Part shown: positions 58,104-64,000 of the stretch, one piece after another
Position numbering within the stretch: position 1 is the first letter of the stretch
How the letters are laid out: every line of letters begins with the position of its first letter
Assembly (NCBI GenBank): GCA_964402565.1
Contig: CAYOCJ010000002.1
Coordinates: 234,982-298,981 of the forward strand
Direction: 5' to 3'
DNA length: 64,000 nt
Origin: an uncultured Gammaproteobacteria bacterium
GTDB lineage: Bacteria; Patescibacteriota; Patescibacteriia; UBA1558; 2-01-FULL-52-15
Translations under genes and position numbers: made by a program
The notes under the pieces: generated by a model
Told to the model about the DNA's origin: nothing
The model's database searches: none
The model's input: only the letters and a program-made list of their open reading frames with translations

Positions 58104-59650
58104 TACCCAATGGCTTTCCTATGTACTTCATCGCGGATCCTTCTCAGGAAAAGCATGACCGGGTCGCTTTTCGGGCTTGATATGCTCTTTGCTCTGCCAG
58201 GAACGAAAAGCTCTTCCTCACGTTTCGCGAGTGCCGTAACCTTCTCTTTCCATGCAGCAGGCAGTATCGGGTAGACTGTATGCAATTGCGGTTTTCCTCC
58301 GTCAAGCACGATAAGGTCCGGTTCACCCCATTCCGGATGATTGCTCCGGCGCATCAGCATTTCTTTCATCATGGCAACATCATTTGAGCCTTTCACCGTT
58401 TTAATTTTGAAGCGCTTATATTCAGATGGCCGTAAGACACCATTGATCGCAACGACCATAGCGCCTACTGCATAGGAACCCTGTACATTAGAAATATCAT
58501 ATACTTCGATGCGTCGAGGCAATGCAGCAAGACTAAGCATTTCCTGGATTTTATAGAGCACATCAGGCAAGGGCTTTGTTTTCGTTGCTGAATGGTAATA
58601 AAGCGCAGCATTTTTTTCAGCAAGATCCAGAAACTTTTTTTGCATGCCTTTTTGAGGGATCAAAATACCCAATGGAGCCAATGCTTTCACGGCAGCCGAG
58701 CTTAACTCCAAGGGCACGAGTACTTCTTTTGGTTTTAATGCCGGCGGCGCATAGTATTGTAGGAGAAAAGACTCGAGCAATTCATTTCTTTCCAACGAAA
58801 GCTTATTTTCAAAAAAATAACTCAGTTTGTCGTGAATTTGTCCGCGCCGTATCTGCAATACGGTGATGACCGCGTGAGCGTCTATCCGGACAATGCCTAT
58901 CACATCGCGATTATATTGCTCATGCGAGATGATATGCTGCGGTTCATAGACAGATTCCCAGGCTTTGATCTTATCTCGAAGGAGTGCTGCCTGCTCGAAA
59001 TGTTTGCTCCGCGAAAACTCAGCCATTTGTTTCCGCATTTCATCAACGATAAACTTTCCTTCTCCTTTCAGAATACGCCGAGCTTTCTCTATCAGTGCGT
59101 CGTATTCGCTTGCCCCGATCAGCTCCTGGCATGGACCAAAGCAATTACCCAAATGGTATTGCATGCAGACGATTCCGTTCGGAAGTTTTGAGAGATCTCG
59201 TTTACAGGTGCGAAGCGGCAGCATCCGGTGGATCAGCCTGACTATGATCCGCGCGGCAGCTCCAGATGTATAGGGGCCAAAGTATTCGCCTTTCAAATTC
59301 TTCCTGCCATGTACGGTCATGATGCGAGGGAAGGTTTCTTTCGTAATGACAATATAGGCCCATGTCTTATCATCGCGAAGAACGACATTGTATTTGGGCT
59401 GATATTTTCGTATCAGGCCTGCTTCGAGGAGTAAGGCTTCTTTTTCTGAGTTGACTGCGATGATATCAACATCCTTGATCTCATCCACCATCAGCCTTTT
59501 AGAAGGGGATAGATCAGCATCTTTCGCAAAATAAGACCGAACCCTATTTTTCAGGTTCTTTGCTTTACCAATATAGATCAGCTCGCCGGCCGTATCATAA
59601 AACCTGTAAATTCCAGGGGAGCTCGTGAGACTCGTCAGATTCGGTTTCAT
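58067..59650 (-). CDS. uvrC: Excinuclease ABC subunit C (C-terminal HhH domain apparently absent)
   Basis: PGIY...YIGKAKNLKNRVRSYF, UVR domain (FEQAALLRD), RIEVYDISN, PDLIVLDGG, RDEVHR. Confidence 0.96.
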   Translation of the reverse strand: MKPNLTSLTSSPGIYRFYDTAGELIYIGKAKNLKNRVRSYFAKDADLSPSKRLMVDEIKDVDIIAVNSEKEALLLEAGLIRKYQPKYNVVLRDDKTWAYIVITKETFPRIMTVHGRKNLKGEYFGPYTSGAAARIIVRLIHRMLPLRTCKRDLSKLPNGIVCMQYHLGNCFGPCQELIGASEYDALIEKARRILKGEGKFIVDEMRKQMAEFSRSKHFEQAALLRDKIKAWESVYEPQHIISHEQYNRDVIGIVRIDAHAVITVLQIRRGQIHDKLSYFFENKLSLERNELLESFLLQYYAPPALKPKEVLVPLELSSAAVKALAPLGILIPQKGMQKKFLDLAEKNAALYYHSATKTKPLPDVLYKIQEMLSLAALPRRIEVYDISNVQGSYAVGAMVVAINGVLRPSEYKRFKIKTVKGSNDVAMMKEMLMRRSNHPEWGEPDLIVLDGGKPQLHTVYPILPAAWKEKVTALAKREEELFVPGRAKSISSPKSDPVMLFLRRIRDEVHRKAIGYYRLTHKKNWKK

Positions 59651-59833
59651 TGGAAAAGTTTAGCCTTTTTAAGCTTAAATAACAATATTTTTGTATTTGT
59701 GCCCTAATGTTAGCAAAAGTATTACTATTGACAAAAAATAGTATATATGATATTATATATGGTTATAAGCTTTCGTTCATTTCCATTTTCCCGCATGCCT
59801 TGAGCATGTGGCGTATGTAACAAGGAGCTAGCG

Positions 59834-60421
59834 ATGAAATCCGTCAGAGAGTTGATCTCGATCATCAAGGCCGAGCTTGCTGTCATGCAGACTCTGTTCC
59901 CGCCGATTTCGGTGGGGCCCGTCCGCTGCGACGGTTTCACGGCCGAAGAACTGGAACTCGCGTTCCAGACCGAGGCGATGTATGTGAGTACGTTGCACGA
60001 ACGCGAGCAGCGAGAGCTGCGCGAGAAGAGCGCCAAGAAGCTCGAGCGCATCCTGGCCAGCCTCCGTCAGCGGAAGAACAACTTCCTGTCGCGGATGGCC
60101 CAGGCCTTCGCCGTGAAGGCCGAGCGGATCAACGTCTACGACATGGCGAAGTACTACGGTCTCGGGGACGACGAGGAAGCACAGCAGCAGTGGCAGATCA
60201 TGAAAGCTTCGCTCGCGGTGATCCTGAAGATCAACAACCTGCTCGTCACGAAAGACATGCCGGCCAAGGCGAGGCTCGAAGCCGCGTCGGTGCTGTACCA
60301 CGAAGGCCTCAACGAGGTCGCCGGTCTCCGCGATCGGTTCGAGCGGTACTGCGTCGGTCGGATGCAGGCTGTGCAGCTGCTCCGAGCTTTCGACATGCCG
60401 GACAACCGCCAGGTCGCTTAA
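59834..60421 (+). CDS. Hypothetical protein (GC-rich islet)
   Basis: SD AAGGAG; strong GC3 codon bias. Confidence 0.75.
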   Translation: MKSVRELISIIKAELAVMQTLFPPISVGPVRCDGFTAEELELAFQTEAMYVSTLHEREQRELREKSAKKLERILASLRQRKNNFLSRMAQAFAVKAERINVYDMAKYYGLGDDEEAQQQWQIMKASLAVILKINNLLVTKDMPAKARLEAASVLYHEGLNEVAGLRDRFERYCVGRMQAVQLLRAFDMPDNRQVA

Positions 60422-60443
60422 CAGCGGCCACGAGGAGCCTGTC

Positions 60444-60566
60444 ATGACTTCCAGATCCATTTTCGGAGCGATCCTCATCCTCGCAGGTACCCTCGCGGGT
60501 TACCTGTTCCACTCAAACCACGTGAGCCGCAAGGCTCAGGCAGTCAAGGTCTCGGCCAAGAACTGA
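60444..60566 (+). CDS. Small single-TM protein, 40 aa (MTSRSIFGAILILAGTLAGYLFHSNHVSRKAQAVKVSAKN)
   Basis: Manual translation; SD GAGGAG; same codon style as its neighbours; below the ORF-track cutoff. Confidence 0.6.
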   Translation: MTSRSIFGAILILAGTLAGYLFHSNHVSRKAQAVKVSAKN

Positions 60567-60607
60567 TCGATCCGATGCCGCACATCCGCGGCCTCAAGGA
60601 GAAATCC

Positions 60608-61057
60608 GTGAAGATCATCATCAAGGTGCTTCTGCTGATCGGCGTGCTGCTGTTCGTCTACGGCGTCTTCGCCGACCGGGGACTCGTTTCTCTGTGTGGT
60701 GTCATCACCACCGCGGCAACGTTCGTGGCGGACGGGTTCCTTCGCGGTCGGAAGAAGCCGGTCGGCTCGCCGATCGTGACGGCCAATCCGTTCAATGCCG
60801 ATTCGCGGCAGGCCGCGATCGATTTCGCGAAGCGACTCCACGAGCGGGCCAGCAAGCCCTCAACCATCGTGAATCCGGACAAGATCCGGGTTCGCAGCGG
60901 CAGCGTCGTGGTCTTCAGCCACAACGGCTCCGGCTTGGTCCGCGGCAAGGTCGGGCGCGTCAACAACAAGAAAGGCAAGTTCGACGCCACGATCGACGGA
61001 GGTCAGGTGGTCTCCGCGCAGATCAAGGATGTCAAACAGGTCTTGCGCGCCTACTGA
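60608..61057 (+). CDS. Two-TM protein with C-terminal KOW/SH3-like beta domain
   Basis: SD AAGGAG before GTG 60608; two TMs, then GSVVVF...GKVGRVN...DATID. Confidence 0.7.
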   Translation: MKIIIKVLLLIGVLLFVYGVFADRGLVSLCGVITTAATFVADGFLRGRKKPVGSPIVTANPFNADSRQAAIDFAKRLHERASKPSTIVNPDKIRVRSGSVVVFSHNGSGLVRGKVGRVNNKKGKFDATIDGGQVVSAQIKDVKQVLRAY

Positions 61058-61096
61058 CACAACCCGCCGACAAGGCGACACAGGAGGAAGCGAAGG

Positions 61097-61165
61097 ATGG
61101 GAGCGGTCGCTATGCTTTTCCTGATCCTCTTCATCTTGAACAACGGGCGCAGACGGACCCGCTGA
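61097..61165 (+). CDS. Putative 22-aa hydrophobic peptide (MGAVAMLFLILFILNNGRRRTR)
   Basis: SD AGGAGG upstream; hydrophobic core with basic tail. Confidence 0.4.
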   Translation: MGAVAMLFLILFILNNGRRRTR

Positions 61166-61303
61166 CTGAAAGTCGGCACGGAGTCGTCAGCGCACTCTGA
61201 CAAAACAAGCCGAAAAGGCTTTTAGGAGGGGTGATGCACACCTACGCATCGGGAACACCACCGTGAGTACGCTCACGGATGGAGCAACAAAAAAATTGAA
61301 TCG

Positions 61304-61338
61304 AGGGACGGTCTACGGGTCGTCCCTTTTCTTTTTCT
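61304..61338 (+). terminator. Intrinsic terminator closing the GC-rich islet
   Basis: AGGGACG...CGTCCCT followed by TTTCTTTTT. Confidence 0.65.
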
Positions 61339-61535
61339 CACGTTTGTATAGTCCGGCCATTCAGTTCTCCTTGACTCGCGATGACTGCCCTAGGAATTTT
61401 GGCAGGCTGGTGTCAGCTCTCCCGCTCGTCATCGTCGAACTGCATGGCCGGATACATACTATGAACGCCTGGCTCTTGACCCGTTACCAGTATCGCAGTA
61501 TACTGTTCGCTAGCTTTTATTTTTTCTCCCACAAT

Positions 61536-64000
61536 ATGTCCAATAGCATAGTCATTAAGGGAGCCAGGGTACATAATCTCAAGAATATTTCACTCGAGCT
61601 GCCTCGTGATAAGTTCATCGTCATCACGGGGCTTTCTGGTTCCGGGAAATCCTCGCTCGCCTTCGATACTATCTATGCTGAAGGTCAGCGCCGCTACGTA
61701 GAGTCATTATCTGCCTATGCGCGTCAGTTTTTGGGTTTGATGGATAAGCCTGACGTAGATCAGATCGATGGTCTTTCTCCTGCAATTTCTATTGATCAGA
61801 AATCAACGTCCCGAAATCCGCGCTCTACAGTAGGCACCGTGACAGAAATCTATGATTATCTGCGTTTGCTTTACGCGCGTATCGGCGTGCCGCATTGTCC
61901 GAATTGCGGACGACCGGTGAAACAGCAGACGCAAAAGCAGATGCTCGACATTATTTTGAATAATCCAAAAGGCAGCCAGATGATGATCCTGGCGCCGATG
62001 ATCAAGGATCAGAAGGGCGAGCACAAGAAAACGTTATTGCAGGTCGAGAAGGCTGGTTATGCTCGCGTGAGGCTCGACGGTTTCATCGTGCCGATCGACG
62101 AAGCGTTAAAAGAAAATTTGGATAAGCAAAAAAAGCACTCCATCGAAGTTGTCGTAGATCGCGTCGATCTTAACGGTTCCGATGAGGTAAAGAAGCGGCT
62201 CGCGTCTTCTCTCGAAACAGCATTGGACCTGGGGAACGGGTTGGTCCTGGTCAGAAAAAACGACACAGGCGATGACACGATTATGAGCGAGGCTTTTGCC
62301 TGCGCTTTTTGCGGTATTAGTTTGCCGCCGATAGAGCCGCGTAATTTTTCATTCAATAGCCCTCATGGCGCATGCCCTGCATGCTCGGGCCTTGGTACGA
62401 AACTGGAAGTCGATGCAGATTTAGTCATTCCAAATAAAAAACTGACACTTGCTGAAGGCGCCATTCGCCCCTGGTCGCGCACCGCGTCATCACAAGGGTG
62501 GTATATGAAGATGCTTACGGCTGCAGCGAAGAAGTATAAATTTTCTATGAATGTACCTGTTTCGAAGCTTACACCGAAACAATTGGATATTATTTTGAAT
62601 GGCACGGGTGAAGATGTGTATATGATCGATATCGAAAGCGAAAGGTTTCAGGGAGACTTCTCGACAACCTATGAAGGCGTCGTTCCCAACCTGGAGCGTC
62701 GGTACCGCGAAACAGACTCTGACTATATACGGAGCGAGATCGAAAAGTATATGCGGGTGTATCTCTGCCCGAAATGCGAAGGCAAGCGACTGAAACCTGA
62801 GGCGCTTTCAGTTTTGATCGACGATAAGAATATTGCTGAGGTTTCAAAACAGACCATTACTGACGCGGGCACTTTTTTCAAGCAATTTATAAAGATGATG
62901 ACCGATCGGGAAGCGAAAATTGCGCATCAGATCCTGAAAGAAATTCAGGCGCGTCTGCAATTCCTGAAAGATGTCGGACTCGAGTATCTGACACTGGATC
63001 GAGGCTCCGCAACGCTGTCAGGCGGCGAAGCGCAGCGCATTCGATTGGCAACGCAGATCGGCTCTTCGCTCGTTGGCGTTATCTATATCCTTGATGAACC
63101 TTCTGTCGGTTTGCATCAGCGCGACAATGATAAATTGATCGCCACTCTGAAAGCACTTCGTGATCTTGGCAATACCGTGATCGTCGTTGAGCATGATCAT
63201 GACACGATCATGGAAGCAGATTATGTCGTTGACATCGGCCCTGGCGCAGGCAAGCACGGCGGCGAAGTAGTAGCACAGGGCACACCCGAGCAATTGAAGA
63301 AAAACTCGAAATCGCTTACCGGCCAGTATCTGGGTGGCAAGATCAAGCTGGATATACCGAAAAAATACAGAGTTGGCAGCGGCAAGTATATCAATATCTA
63401 CGGCGCCACCGAGAACAATCTGAAAAATATCGATGTGGGCATTCCGCTGGGCAAATTCGTGTGCCTGACCGGCGTTTCTGGCTCAGGTAAATCAACTTTG
63501 ATGGTAGATATTCTCGCGAAGGCTTTGTCGAAGCATTTCTACCAGGCAAAAGACGATCCGGGCAAGCATAAGAAAATTGATGGTTTGGATAATATCGACA
63601 AGGTTATTGATATCGACCAGTCGCCGATCGGCAGAACGCCGCGCTCGAACCCCGCGACCTATACCGGAGTATTCACCTATATCCGCGATCTCTTTGCCAT
63701 GCTGCCTGAAGCAAATATCCGCGGTTATAAAGCAGGACGTTTTAGTTTCAATGTGAAAGGCGGCCGCTGTGAAGCGTGCCAGGGCGATGGTTTGGTGAAG
63801 ATAGAAATGAATTTCCTGCCGGACGTCTATGTCGAGTGCGAAGAATGCCATGGCGCACGCTATAATCAGCAGGCATTGGAGATCCATTATAAAGGAAAGA
63901 ACATTTCAGATGTCCTGAAGATGACCGTGGAAGAGGCAAAGGACTTCTTTGCAAATATCCCGAACATTCATTCGAAGTTAAAGGTGCTTGATGAGGTTGG
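61536..64000 (+). CDS. uvrA: Excinuclease ABC subunit A (runs off the window's right edge)
   Basis: Manual translation from ATG 61536: [59 protein letters not shown]; later [12 protein letters not shown] and a second Walker A GVSGSGKS. Confidence 0.97.
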   Translation, partial: MSNSIVIKGARVHNLKNISLELPRDKFIVITGLSGSGKSSLAFDTIYAEGQRRYVESLSAYARQFLGLMDKPDVDQIDGLSPAISIDQKSTSRNPRSTVGTVTEIYDYLRLLYARIGVPHCPNCGRPVKQQTQKQMLDIILNNPKGSQMMILAPMIKDQKGEHKKTLLQVEKAGYARVRLDGFIVPIDEALKENLDKQKKHSIEVVVDRVDLNGSDEVKKRLASSLETALDLGNGLVLVRKNDTGDDTIMSEAFACAFCGISLPPIEPRNFSFNSPHGACPACSGLGTKLEVDADLVIPNKKLTLAEGAIRPWSRTASSQGWYMKMLTAAAKKYKFSMNVPVSKLTPKQLDIILNGTGEDVYMIDIESERFQGDFSTTYEGVVPNLERRYRETDSDYIRSEIEKYMRVYLCPKCEGKRLKPEALSVLIDDKNIAEVSKQTITDAGTFFKQFIKMMTDREAKIAHQILKEIQARLQFLKDVGLEYLTLDRGSATLSGGEAQRIRLATQIGSSLVGVIYILDEPSVGLHQRDNDKLIATLKALRDLGNTVIVVEHDHDTIMEADYVVDIGPGAGKHGGEVVAQGTPEQLKKNSKSLTGQYLGGKIKLDIPKKYRVGSGKYINIYGATENNLKNIDVGIPLGKFVCLTGVSGSGKSTLMVDILAKALSKHFYQAKDDPGKHKKIDGLDNIDKVIDIDQSPIGRTPRSNPATYTGVFTYIRDLFAMLPEANIRGYKAGRFSFNVKGGRCEACQGDGLVKIEMNFLPDVYVECEECHGARYNQQALEIHYKGKNISDVLKMTVEEAKDFFANIPNIHSKLKVLDEV

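Noticed and set aside
59725-61200. Alternative overlapping ORFs in the GC-rich islet (e.g. 59828-60478 minus, 60694-61200 plus)
   Set aside because: SD motifs and GC3 pattern support the plus-strand frames listed as features; the others are shadows.
61803-63954. Minus-strand ORFs at the right end
   Set aside because: Antisense shadows of uvrA.

Overview
This 64 kb window looks like chromosome from a small-genome bacterium using genetic code 11. Gene content and style suggest Patescibacteria/CPR (Parcubacteria-like); that is an inference from the housekeeping/repair-dominated content, the pilin and PilB genes, ldh, many ORFans and mostly SD-less core genes. The backbone contains smc (partial), rnc, nusB fused to a Nudix domain, rpmF, tRNA-Glu, tsaD/tsaE, a T-box-led valS, pilB-like, ftsH, rpsA, gyrA, ruvB, ychF, uvrD/pcrA, folD, glyA, ldh, trpS, rnj, secG, uvrC and uvrA (partial). 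The standout is a ~6.3 kb locus at 29002-35312. A tightly coupled four-gene operon encodes an AsnRS-like synthetase with no anticodon-binding domain, an MccF-type S66 peptidase with the adenine-stacking Trp loop, a pyruvoyl SAM decarboxylase and a class I SAM transferase. It is bracketed by two convergent full-length AspRS-family paralogs whose promoters share a ~20-bp palindrome. The parts list parallels microcin C chemistry (aminopropylated aspartyl-adenylate, MccF immunity, AspRS target) but has no MccA/MccB, suggesting an undescribed peptide-independent aminoacyl-nucleotide toxin or modification system (hypothesis). Other points of interest are a GIY-YIG gene between hairpin-bearing inverted repeats, a translin/TRAX homolog, an RNase H-like/WYL fusion, a candidate ~330-nt ncRNA, a GC-rich small-ORF islet between uvrC and uvrA, and scattered promoter-SD-ORFan-terminator cassettes. 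No CRISPR array or rRNA was seen.
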